From Marsupella aquatica (lineage: Eukaryota; Plantae; Marchantiophyta), in NCBI GenBank assembly GCA_973895155.1, contig OZ316899.1:7567241-7631240 (forward strand): a DNA stretch of 64,000 nucleotides. Reading direction: 5' to 3'. Positions within the stretch are counted from its first letter, which is position 1, and every line of letters begins with the position of its first letter. A program made the position numbers and the translations under genes. Positions 50,295 to 62,463 of this stretch are shown in pieces. The notes under the pieces were generated by a model. That model did no database searches. It saw nothing but the letters and a program-made list of their open reading frames with translations, and was not told the origin of the DNA.

Positions 50295-50886
50295 AGCTGA
50301 ACATTGTACATGCACAGTGCACCTGATGTGGATGTACTATTTTTTGAGATTGCAAAGATTCCAATTTTGAAAAGGAGTTGGATAGGCGAGTTTCTATAGG
50401 CAGCACTTATCTTGTGCTCTGGAGTTAGTGGCTGGGTACATGCCTATAAAAACTTATCCTTACAAGCCTTCTTGGAAGTATTTAGGCTGAGTGGTCATTT
50501 TCATAAACACTTTCATCAGACTGCTAAATTAAAATAGGACTTCTAAGTTGTAAGCGTATAAATTATCAGGCATGCAATTAATCAAATTGCCCTATAAGTT
50601 TGTCATTGAATGTATCCTCCTTTACAACAAAATATGTATGTGCCATGACAAGTTGGTTGCACTTCATTTCACCTTTGATATGGATTTTGTAGTATATATT
50701 CAAACAATGTCCTGCATCCGTGCAGGTGCCTAGTACGTATTGTTCACATATCCCTTGTACCTATCAAAATCGGACCTGAGCACCAGTGGGCCAGATCAAC
50801 TCAAAAAGCATGAATTTTGTTGTACTTGTATTGTCAGGTGAACCCATTCTTCCAAAATTCACTGTCATCATGTAGGGTGTGTGTAC

Positions 50887-51743
50887 ATGGAGCCTGGGAA
50901 ACGTAGAAAGTGTGACCACCCAGTAGTGTTTACAGGGGTCAGAGCGATTTTGGTCCATGGCCAGCATGGGTTGACCAAAGTGCATTGGCCAACTATACGG
51001 AAACGATTCTCTGAGCTCCATGGCACTGTAGTTCAGGACATCACTCCAGAGACTATACATGTTGTTGCAGGGACATGGCTATTAGTGATAAAGAAGTGGT
51101 CATGGTCCTACATGAATTCTGCAATTACTAAGCAAGGCCTAAAAGTAGTTGAGGCCTCTTGGATCACAGATTCCATAGCACATAAGATTGTACAGGATAC
51201 TGAGCAATATGAGCTGTGGGAGGATGAAGAAGTTACTGCATCAGCTTGGGCTGAACAAGAAGTCTGGGAAGCAAAGGCACGGCTTGCTGATCTCCAATAT
51301 GGACCTATACTCAACAAAGGACAGAGCTCTACATGGCTGAGGAGACGAAGCAACCAACCCCCATTCTGAAAGGGCTGAGCATGGTATTTGTGGAGGCGGG
51401 AATTGGAGAGGTTAAGTGCAAAGTGTACAAGTCCACAGTGCTTGACCTAGGTGGGACAGTGGAGGAGAATATAACAGAGGACACCACTCATGTCATTACT
51501 AAGTCATATCCCAAAGCCTGCCGCAAGTTTGGGAAGGGAGACATTCGTTTTTATGTCATGTCCCATAATGTGTTTGTGGTTTCATATGCTTGGCTTGTGG
51601 AATCAGTAGCAGCTGGGAAGCGTCAAAACCCAATGGACTATGATCTTTTTGAGGCCTGGCCACGGAAGGGTCAGGATCCTTACAGAGAGGACTATGAGAC
51701 AACAAGTGAGGAATGGGTCATTAGCAATTCTGAATCAGAGTGA
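50887..51743 (+). pseudogene. Tandem BRCT-domain protein (DNA polymerase lambda-like BRCT), one frameshift near 51340
   Basis: Two BRCT patterns: FTGV..LHGTVVQDITPETIHVVA..VVEASWITDSI..YEL and LKGL..LGGTVEENITEDTTHVIT..VVSYAWLVESVAAGKRQNPMDYDL. Confidence 0.82.
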
Positions 51744-51940
51744 GGAGTAGTAGCATCAGTTTGGACACAAGTTTTTTTGTATAAATCAGATCATTGAAAT
51801 AAATGTGATCTTTGAACTAATGTACCTTGTTATGGTTGGTGGCAGTTGGGCTTATTTTACTGTTGGCGGATTGTTGTTTCCTGCTGCCTAGGGGTGTCAC
51901 TGTAAACGTACTGGGTGGGCTCAAATCTCGGCGGTAGACT

Positions 51941-52470
51941 TTGGTGGGTATGTTGCCTTTCCTAGATCAACAGGCGCTATTATGGCTCCTCCTCCGGGTT
52001 GCCATATGGCTGGCCACAATTAGGACTCTCCTGCATGGGTTGGTGCTAAAACATTTCTTGGCACCGCCTGAGGATGCAAGAGATGCTGAATCTATCGTGA
52101 ATGAGGATGCACAGTCCGAAGTGGACATCTACTTTTCAGCAGATGAGTTAGACAAGCCCGATGTTGTAGGTGGTTCCTTGTTGCCTGATTTGGCAGATGA
52201 TATAGTTCTTTCACATGTCTGGCCGAGGGTTCTTGTGGTGTCCTGTGCACAAGATATCTGCAAATATAGACAAATTAATACACGGTGGAGGGACTTGGTA
52301 GCAACTTGCCCCAGTGGAGGGCATTGCATCCACTGCTTGTAGGCACGGATGCAAGACCCCCATGGCATGAGCAGGGTTTAGACCTTGATGATTTAATGTA
52401 CATGTCTGAGTACCTGAGGTTTGAGTGGCATCGAGAACAGGGTTGGTACCCATATCTCACCTGGTAATAA
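51941..52470 (+). pseudogene. F-box-like protein, frameshifted
   Basis: SLLPDLADDIVLSHVWPRV...CKYRQINTRWRDLV matches the F-box pattern; hydrophobic N-terminus. Confidence 0.65.
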
Positions 52471-52813
52471 GGTGAGATATGTGATACCGCTCTCACACCT
52501 ATGCCTGTGACTATACATGATTGGACTCTGATATGGTCATGGGTGTACATGCAGAGGCGGTACATTTGAGGACAGCGGAGGAGGTGGTGACACCCTCCAA
52601 CATTTAGGAATTTTGTGTCATTCACTTGACAGTAGGTACACTACTCGCAAACCTGTTTTTTTCTTTTGGGGTGGTTTAGGGTTTGTGAGAATTTAGTACA
52701 CGTTATGTTAACTCTTTTGGCAGATATAGTCAGGGATATATGGAACACAAATACCACCATTCGGCATCCTTGTTCACTGCTGTCCATGACTGCAGTGCTC
52801 CCAGCCTGTTACA

Positions 52814-55800
52814 ATGCACCCTGGTCACCACCCTCCCCAGACCCAGCCCAGGGCACAGGCACTGCCTTTGCATCATCCCACAAGGATATCACACCATGAT
52901 AATAAGCTTTGGCAGCGTGAAAGGTTACGAACAAGACTTTCAGGAGCCAGTAGGATGAGATGTCCTTGTGCAATCTGCCAAGGATCCCGTACCAGGGGTC
53001 TGAATGAGGTTTGGCGGCATATTGCGGTTCATGGAAGAGATCCACGACATCAAGTTTGGAATGATCCTGCAGAGGAAGATTCTTCCGACGAGGAGTGGAG
53101 GTTAGAATTTGATGTTGCCAATGCTGCAAGACGGACAAGTGAGGTTCTGCCTGGTGCATTTGAAAATGTTGTAGCTGGTCTCTGTGGGTTGTCAGCTCTC
53201 CAACAGGATGGTGCTCAGGCAGCACCACGTGACGAAGGAATTCATGTGGAAGAGATGGTGAGAGACATCTTCCAAGACTTGGATGCATTTCACGATGGGC
53301 TGGACAACGAAGAGGATACGGCTGCAGATGCAAGTGTGCCCCCTGTCGAAGAGCCTCTTGATGAGTTTGAGATAGGGCAGGAAACCCCTAGGCATGATGG
53401 GATGTTTGGCTCTCCCTTGCAAATACAGGAAGGCAGGAAGTCTTTGTACCCCGGTAGAAAATGTTCTAAACTGGGATTTGTCATCATGTTCCTGAACATT
53501 TGCGGCAACCACAATGTCCCCAACGTTTTGGTTTCTGAGTTGTTGGCATTCTTGCGAACAACTGTGCTACCAGATGGTAATATTTTGCCCAAGAACATGT
53601 ACAAGGCAAAAAGATGCATATCTAATCTTGGATTGAACTATGATTCCATCCATGCCTGTCCTGATGGGCATGTTCTTTTCAGAAAGGAGTATAAAGAATC
53701 GTTGACATGCCCTAAGTGTGGGAAGCACAGGTATTGGAACTCAGGAAAGTCTATGGTTCCCGCCAAGGTACTTTGCCATTTTCCACTCATTCCCAGACTT
53801 CAGCGGATGTTCAGAAGCCGTGCCATCTCGGAGATGATGACTTGGGCAACTAACAAGAAAAGTGATGATGGGCTACAATGACATGCTATAGATTCAAGGC
53901 AATGGAAACTCATAGATGAGATGTATCCCGAATTTGCTGTTGAGCCAAGGAATGTCAGACTTGGGCTGTCATTGGATGGGGTAAACCCATTTGGAGACAA
54001 GAACAACAAATTTTTGTGTTGGCCTGTAACTATTTTGAATTATAACCTTCCTCCTTGGATGACTACAAAGCGATTTTTTGTTCTGATGGTCCTACTAATG
54101 CCAGGGCCAGACAGTGTTGTATCTGCCAACATAGATGTGTTTCTGGCTCCCCTAGTGGAGGAATTGAGAAAGCTTTGGGAGGAAGGAGTCCTCACATATG
54201 ATGTCCTACAGAGGCTTGGGAGGTTGAACCCATTCATCCTTAGAGTCATCGTCATTCTGACTATAGCTGACTACCCAGCCCATGGGATGATATCAGGCCA
54301 AACAACAAAAGGATATTGTGCTTGTACTATCTATGGGCGCAATGTCACCAGTGAGTACTCCAGAGCCCTGCAGAAAGTGATATACATGGGCCATCGTCGT
54401 TTTTTGAAGGCAGATCACCCTTACAGAGAAAGACAGGCATTGATTGCACACTTTGGCAATGAGATTGAGCAACGTGGACCCCCGACACGAGTGACCAAAG
54501 AGGAGATCAGGCAGTGGGGAGCACTGAGGGATGACTATATCAAACAAGGGGGCAGGGAAGATGGAGTGAGTGATCCAATAAAGCGATATGGTGTAAAAAG
54601 ACTTAGCATATTGGACTTGGAGCTCAAGTATTGGAGGGTAAGCCTCTTGGAGTTGATGCTAATTGGGATACATGTTTTGGTTCAGAGCATGTGCATTCAT
54701 TTTGAAGAGAGAGACTAAACTTGAGGCATTTGCTGACGCTTTTGCATTGCAACGGTGCAGGAGTTTGAGCCAAGCAAACATAACATTGATGTTATGCACA
54801 TTGAGAAGAATATTTGTGAGAGTCTACTCAGATTCTTGTGTGGAGAGAAAGACACTGGTTCAGTGAGATTGGATCTTGAATAGAGGGGAATGAAACCCCA
54901 TCTTTGGTTGAGGCCACATGCCCACAGAGCTGATGTGCTCTTGAAGTACCAAGCGCCCTATGTTCTGACAGATACAGAGTGGCAACTATTTGTGCAGAGG
55001 TTGAGTTCTTTGAAGGTTCCTTCAAACTATGGCAGTGCTTTCAAGAAGCATATCATGACTAGAAAGCTTGGTAGTATGAAAAGCCATGACTACCATATAT
55101 TGATGCAACAGGTGTTGCCTTTATGTCTGAGGGGCCTGTTGCAGAAGCCTGTTCGTAATGTGATCATGCGACTCAATGATGTGTTTCGTCATATTTGTGT
55201 GAAGGTTTGGGATGAAATACACTTCCCACAATTGACAGGAGATGTCGCTCAGGTGCTGTGTGACCTGGAGATTTATTTTCCTCCCGCATTTTTTGATGTG
55301 ATGACCCACCTACTTGTCCATGTTGTGGAAGAGCTACACCAATTTGGGCCTATGAGTGCTCGTTGGTTGTACCCTTTGGAACGGTACATGAAGCTACTCA
55401 AAGGTCACGTGAGAACATATTACAAACCTGAAGCAAGCATGGCTAAAGGTTACATCAAGGATGAGACTCTGGGATTTCTGACCGAATACATAGCACAATA
55501 TGAGCATGTGAAGACCAGGGTGTGGAATTCTGATGAGGAGGAAGGGGTGATAGGTGAAGTACTGGAAGGGGCTGCAACCACAAAGAACCTGACCACATCT
55601 ATGAGAGACTTGGCACATGACTTTGTATTGCACAACACTGTGGTGATGGAACCCTGGATACAGTGAGTGCATACATGTGCTATAATCCAGTTCATGAGCT
55701 TAAATGTTGTGTGCGTGTGATTTTCTCCTTCAGCCTGTTCATATTTACCCAAGCTAATGTTGTGTGGTTGTTTGTTCAGGGAGTATGAGTCATTGAAGGC

Positions 55801-56400
55801 GGCCCATCCCACTGCAGGAACAACTTTTCCAGGTTTCATGGAGTGGATTAAAGTGGCAATTAGAGAGCATCACAAGACCCACCCAGACATGGATGCAGAC
55901 GTTTACCTACTGTCTAATGCCCTAGCCTAAAAGTGAAGACTTACAAACGAATGAGAGCATATGGGAATCACTTTCGAGTGAAGGATGGTGACAGTGCCTA
56001 CAGGGTGACAAATGACTGTGGGCTCATCACTGTATTTGAGCAACAGAGCCACAATCACGACAGGGCCTGGATGGAGATGGGATATGTGGGAGAATTAGTT
56101 GACATATGGGCTCTGGACTATGGGGCGGTGTCCAGTCCTGTGATTCTTATGAAAGGTTCATGGGTGCGGCAGGATTGGCTTGGTAATAGGGCTACCATGA
56201 AGAGAGACAACGACGGTTTCTTGCTGGCCAATTTCAGAGGGAAATTGCCCGAATGGTCTGAGCCATTTGTGTTTCCCATGCCAGTCAGGTGGAGCAAGCT
56301 TTCTTCCTGGATGTGGAAGACTCCCCAGGTTGGCGTGTAGTGTGTCATAAATAGGCCAGGCAACGTCGAATGGAAGGATCAAACCTTGAGTTTCATTTAC
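52814..56400 (+). pseudogene. CACTA Tnp2/TnpD transposase (transposase-associated Zn motif, Transposase_21, DUF4218/DUF4216-like regions); introns ~54638-54760 and ~55663-55779
   Basis: Motifs: RCPCAIC..H, IHACPDGHVLF..CPKCG, PLIPRLQRMF, EPRNVRLGLSLDGVNPF, NYNLPPW, IADYPA, IDVMHIEKN, MKSHDYH, FPPAFFDVMTHL, WLYPLERYM. A few stops. Confidence 0.95.
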
Positions 56401-56905
56401 ACTCTCATAGTGCCTTTGATCGTCGGCGTTCACACCAAGTGCTTGTAGTTCATGATAGCGGGGACTTCATTCCTGTGACAAGGGTAGATGCATTTGCTGA
56501 AGGAGGCAAATTCAGAGATGCAGATGCCAACAGTGTGCCTGTGCCATGAGTAATGTGAATTGTTTGCATGGACATTAGTGAGGGGATGTGTAATAAAGTA
56601 ATTCTGAAGCAACACAGATGTATGGATGGATGCCTGGTGATTGTGGATGCATTGTGTTATACGGGGTGACCATAGATGACATGTTTTTGTGGTCCAATAG
56701 GATGGAACAGAGTGACACAGAGATGTGTGAGTATGAAAGGAAAGCTATGGAACAACAAGCATACGTGAAAGCCAAAATTGCAGAACTGGATCTGGAAAAG
56801 GATGTGGCTGAATTGTAAGGGAACGATTCTCAACTACACCCCTCCGCTGATTTGTGTGACATGAATAGTTCAATGTGGCACTGAAATTGTGACTGTATTC
56901 TCATA

Positions 56906-59900
56906 TTGGAATGTCGTAGAGCAGCAGGTTTTTCAAAGAAACAAAAGGAGTACGCAAGAAGGGTGACCAACACTATCTCTGGGCCTGTGCGTCGGAGTGA
57001 CAGGTTGAGCAAGAAGGTCGTACCTACAATGGCAGAATGTGGAGATGACATGGATGCTATGCAAGTGGGTGCAGACACTAGACAAGAAGATGAGTATTTT
57101 CGAGAGGAAATGGATGAGGATGGGGGTTATGAAGATGAATACATTGCAGAGCAGCCCCAAAAGAAACAGGTAAGTAGTTTTCCCAACAAGCTAGGTTTAG
57201 AGTTAAAAACTCTTGTTGAGAGGTTTCATATGTTCAGTACTACACCCTATGTACCTTGCTTAGTTCCTGACATTGTAGTTGGTGATGTGATGCAGCGTCT
57301 TGCCAGTTCTGTTTTGCCTGCAAAGCCTGTGCATGCACCATACTAGCAGGGGGGCTGACCTCTGATCAAGGTTGGCGAGGTGGTAGTAGTGGTAGATCCC
57401 AGGCTGGTGCCCAATACTATGGCAGGGGGCAAGCTCTAGGTTATGCCCGTGGCAGAGGCAGAGCAGGCCCAAACCCATAGTCTCGTGGGTATGGACGTCC
57501 ACCTCAACCATGGGGATGTGAGTATATATATATATGCCAGTTATTTGTGAAGGCATGGCACTCCTGAATTTCAGACTACATATCAATTTTTGACATTGTT
57601 TGGGATGTATTGGATTCAGACAACATGAAATTCTGTCCACCTGCCATTGCATGCAGATTCTGCCCAACCTGATTGGGCAAATGCTGGTAATGATCAGTTC
57701 CAATGTCCACAAGGACAGACATGGGTTGAACCAGGTTGGGAGGATGGTGGTGGGTCGTGGAATGAACAAGGTTGGGAAGGTGGTGAAGGTAATTGGCAGG
57801 GATTTCAAAATACAGTACCTACAAATGTTGGAAGAGGGGCAGGTAATCTCTGATCTTGTCAGCAATGGAAGAACTCATTATATGTGGAGTCCATTGATGT
57901 GGGGGGGATTCTGCATATGTATAATAATAGAAAATGTATGTGTGCATGTTGGACAGTCGAACCATCGACTCAAGTATTCACTAATGCCCCTATGCAGATG
58001 CAGCACGGAAGGGGGCCAGGTATGTTGGTGAATGTTCATATGTTTTCCTATAGTTTGTACTACGTTTTCAGTACATATGTTTGCAGCCACATACCTAGAA
58101 AGTGACATCATCCGGCCCCTGTACTAGGCTGGACAGGTGGTCCAGGGTCACAACAATTCCAGAGTCCAGTCCCTGCACAGGCATCTACAGGCAGAGCTAC
58201 AGGTATGTATGTTTGAAGAATTTTTCTTGAAGTGAAGCATTGAATGTTGCCGTCATCCATTCTGCTGTATGTGGTTCTCAAGCATGAATGGCATTGTATT
58301 TTCCCAGGTGGCTTCAGAACCACAGGTAGGGTGAATGAAGGGGTGGCCAATACAACGCCCAGTACTACCAAGAGTAGTGCACGAGGGGAGGTGACAAAGA
58401 AAGGGAACGTAAAGTTGAATGAGAGACAATGGGTGGATGCTGAGTGTCCTCGTAAGAACCGTTGGCATGCTGATTTGAAAGCTGAAGTATTGCGTTATTT
58501 GATGTGAGTGTTATTAATTTTAAAAAACAACATCCAAAAGATTGGAAGACTGTATGTGAAAATGTTGCTGCCAAATGGAATTATGTGGGCAGTGATGATG
58601 GCGCGGACATAGGTTGCCTAGAGAGTACAGTAGGTAAAATCATAAAGCAAGAGAGGTGGAGAATGCATAAGGCTTGGAAGGAAGGTGGGCAAAAGCCAGA
58701 TATGCCTCCACCAGCCAGTTGTGATGATAAAGTGTGGGCAAGGTTAGTAGCTTATTTTGTAACAGATGCTTCTAAAAAGAAGAGTTCACAGATGACCGAG
58801 GCCAGGTTGAGTGTTCAGAACCCTAATCTGACAGGAAGGACCAGCATTGCACCGACAGCAAAACATTTGGTAAGAATCAATGGCCTAGCTATGTAATTTA
58901 TGCTACACTATGTACTATTTTTTAGTGTAAACCCATACATGTAAACTTTGTTTTTTAGTGTACGTTCCATGAATAATAATGATAATTTGTGTTTGCCATG
59001 CATGTGCAGAAAGCCCAATTGGGGCAAAGACCTTCAAAAGAAGAGTTGAGGGCTGATATTGTGAACACCCGGGCTCAAGAGGGTGCATCTGAATCCTCCA
59101 AGCATGTAAGTTATATGAGTTCTGATTGGTAATTTAATGACCTGCGTTGAATTTCAGGTGTACACTGTATATAACATTGATTGTGCATATATTGCCCAAC
59201 ATTTCATATGGAGTGATTGAACCTATACCCTTGTGTCATGTAGGGAGGTGGATCTTCACTTACAAAGATAAGTGGTCGTTTGAAGGCTGTCGAAACATGT
59301 CTTCCAGAGATCAATGAACGTTTGAATTCATTGACTGACTTGTTCCATGTGAACTTCAAGACATTAATGGAAGCTATTGTGTCGGTGAGAGATAAAATTG
59401 ATTCCAATTCTGCAGGAGTTCCACCATCACCACTTGAGGTGGCAAAGTCGATGCACTCTTCTGGCATGCCAACGACATGTAGGCTTGAAGGTAAGGCCTG
59501 TACAACTATGTGGGATATGATTAGTAAATGTATAGTTTGAATTGACATAGTTTGTTGAATGTGTTATTTTCAGTAACATATATTGTGGTTGTTGTGTCCA
59601 TAGAGAATAAAACAGGTGCTGCAGAGAAGAAGTATGAGAACCTGGCAAATACTCGCTGTAATTTAGAGGCAACAAAGTTGCAGTCTGTACAAGCAACTTG
59701 TTTGACAGAGGGCAGTCAACCATGTTTGGATGAGGATGACATTGGCAAGGGAGTGGATGATATCAATGTTGGGGCAAATGAGGATATCAGCAAGCATGAC
59801 AATGATACCATTGAGCCAGATTCATGCTATGTAGATCTTGACTCCATTGCAGAGATAAATGATTTGCAGAATGTATCATTCTCAATGACAGGTGTGCCTC

Positions 59901-60400
59901 TTGTTGAGATAAATCCAACCAAAGAGTTAGTTGGTATGACACTCCCAGGTGGTGAACTTGCTGCTGTGACAGTCCTAACAGAGGAACCTACTGAGCCTAG
60001 CTTCACTACTGTGAAGAGAGGAAGCATGCGCACACGAAGCAAGTCTGCTGGTGGGAGCAGAGCCACGTCAAAGGTTTCATACAAACCTCCAAGAACGGTG
60101 CTGGCAGAAAGATCTAAGGTGGAAGTCGGGAAAGCACCTAATGCTGAGGGACAAAGTGGCTTGTTAGCTGTTGATGAGAGTGGAACACGAGTAGGATTTG
60201 GCAAAGTGTAGGTTGGTTCCACAACGTTCCATGGCAAGCGGATTCCCCCAGGTTATTCAGTAGTGTTAGTCACATTACTAGTGAAACCTAAAGCTGTCCT
60301 TCCCATTCCAAACACAAATGATGATCCTCCTCGAAAGACACTTGGAGATGCTGCAGGTTCTTTGGTATTATGGCCAAGCAAGTTCATAGAGGATCCATAA
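56906..60400 (+). pseudogene. CACTA TnpA/Ptta-like second gene, multi-exon
   Basis: 58504-58870 PPASCDDKVWARLVAYF..KKKSSQMTEAR (Ptta/En-Spm pattern). C-terminal FHGKRIPPGYSVV..LPIP..TLGDAAGSLVLWP (Tnp1/En-Spm C-terminal domain pattern). Confidence 0.75.
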
Positions 60401-60899
60401 CAATGTCATGCCATTATTTGTTTGTAGTGTGAGTCATGTTATGTAGATTTTAGATGTCAAGAAGGAGTACAAGAATCATGTCCTCTTGGAGATTCATAGT
60501 ATCATGCATGTGCTTTCAGTTATCTCATCATACAGTCATCAATTATGAGTTCCTGTTTTGTCTGAATTACATTGATCACATTGTAAACTATTCCATTGGA
60601 ATTCAAATGATCTACATTTTTGAGCAAGATTGTGATTCTGTTTAATTCTTATTAATGTTTTGTGTAGGATCTCCTTATATGATGCTTTGTTTCATGTGAA
60701 TGTCATTCATGCTATGTTCATTTCTTGTATTCAATGTGTTATATTTCTAAAGTTAGAACATCAAGTTTCTATGTATTGTAATGTGGAGTGCTCTCTCTCT
60801 TTACGAACTGTACCTCTGTGTTCATTAGTCATGGTTACAACTTGCATGTGAACCTTATTAGTTATAAACATGATGATATAGAGTCCCAAATGGTTCTGT

Positions 60900-61255
60900 T
60901 GTGTGACCCGGGCCAGGGTCTCCATTGGTCTCTCCTGTGACACTAAATGGTCACACGCTAGTCGTTGTTGAATGCGGGTAAGTCATGTATGTGACTTACC
61001 ATGTGACTCGTTAAAGTCATATTGTAGTAATGTAGAAACAAGGCTAGACTCCACAATAAAGTCATAGATCAGTCACAAATGGGTATCAAGGAAGTCACAA
61101 AGCCCAGTATTAATAGTGACTTCCATTTTTTGGTCTCAACTTTTGCAACTCCAAGGGTCACAGCGTGGGTCAAGTCACGTTGAGTCACAATGAAGTCACA
61201 TGAGCCAAAATGAGTCACATATTGTGGTCTCAATTCACCTCGAATTCTTCTAGTG
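60900..61255. repeat. CACTA right subterminal repeats and TIR
   Basis: About 15 AGTCAC/GTGAC motifs in both orientations, ending TAGTG at 61251-61255. Confidence 0.8.
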
Positions 61256-62463
61256 GGATCAAGAAGATTGGGATCACTTGGAAACTGAAGCCAGAACACC
61301 ACTATTTGAGGGATCTCCATCCTCATGGTAAGGTTGTCCTTAATTTATCACAACTATGGAATTTCATCCATTGAATATTGGGCAGACTAAGTTGTAGTGC
61401 CAGGCATGCCATCTAGCTAGCTACCCGGACTAATTGCAAAAAGTCTGGTTTTTGTGGTTTTGCAAATACAGGTTGGGTGCAACTTTGTTGATGTTGAATT
61501 TGCAAGGAGTTTTCAATGGTTCGGATGTCCATACAGATGCACTCTTCCAATTGTTCCACACCAAACTCTTGCCCCAACCAAACACTCTCCCTGGATATGT
61601 GAGGGAGGCTAAGAAGTTGTTAGCCTCAATTGGATTGGCTTTAGAGACTATCCACATGTGCCCAGGTGGGTGCATATTGTATAGAGGGGTGTACAAGGAT
61701 CACACTCATTGCCCAGAGGAAACTGTAGGCTTCCACGGTATCGACCAGACACCATTGGAGACAAGATTGCAGAAAAGGTAATGTTTTCCTCAACGCAATG
61801 TGAAAACAAGAAAGTCTGACTTTTAACGTTGCGTTCTTTCAAACAACGTCATATATGACTATGTAATTGATTACTGTCTTTACGTCGTCCATCTAACTTA
61901 ACGTCATTCAAAATGATGTAGATATTTTTTTACATTGTAAGGGAACCCATAAGTAACGTCTTAAGGTACATCGTATTTAAGAAACGTCGTCCGTGACCAT
62001 GTTCGTTTTCCGGATACATAGTTTGGAAGGACGTTTAGGGTTATTGTCTTCAAATTGACAACGTTACATTGATTCTGGCAGGTTTTTTGTTATTTCCCAA
62101 TCACTCTCTGACTTCAGCACTTATCCACACTACAGACTTGGCATGTGGAGAACAAATCCCCACCAGGGATAGTGCGATACCACCAAGATAGTCTAGCATG
62201 GAAGCACATTGATGCCACTTGGCCGGATTTTGCCCAGGAGCCTAGGAATGTTTGTTTGGGGTTGGAAATTGATGGAGTGAACCCATATAAGCAACGACAG
62301 AAACCTAAGTCCATCTGGCCTGTTCTTTTGATAAATCAGAACATCCCTCCATGGTTGGCAATGAAGAAGGGTCATGTGCTTTTATTAGCTATAATTCCAT
62401 GACCCAAGGCCTGTAAGAATCCTGATATCTGTTTGGCTCCAGCTTATGAAGAGCTACATAATC
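61256..62463 (+). pseudogene. Fragment of a second, different CACTA Tnp2 gene, interrupted at both ends
   Basis: EARTPLFEG, NTLP..EAKK..IHMCPGGCILY, DSLAWKHID..FAQEPRNVCLGLEIDGVNPY, NIPPW, with GT-AG introns. Confidence 0.85.

Larger units (their letters stand above)
45100..61255 (+). mobile_element. Large CACTA (En/Spm) transposon region with cargo ORFs; left end not defined
   Basis: Tnp2 and TnpA-like genes. Right terminus ...AATTCTTCTAGTG at 61255, preceded by many AGTCAC/GTGACT subterminal repeats (60900-61220). GACGCT/AGCGTC repeats at 45160-45530 look CACTA-subterminal but use a different motif. Confidence 0.7.
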
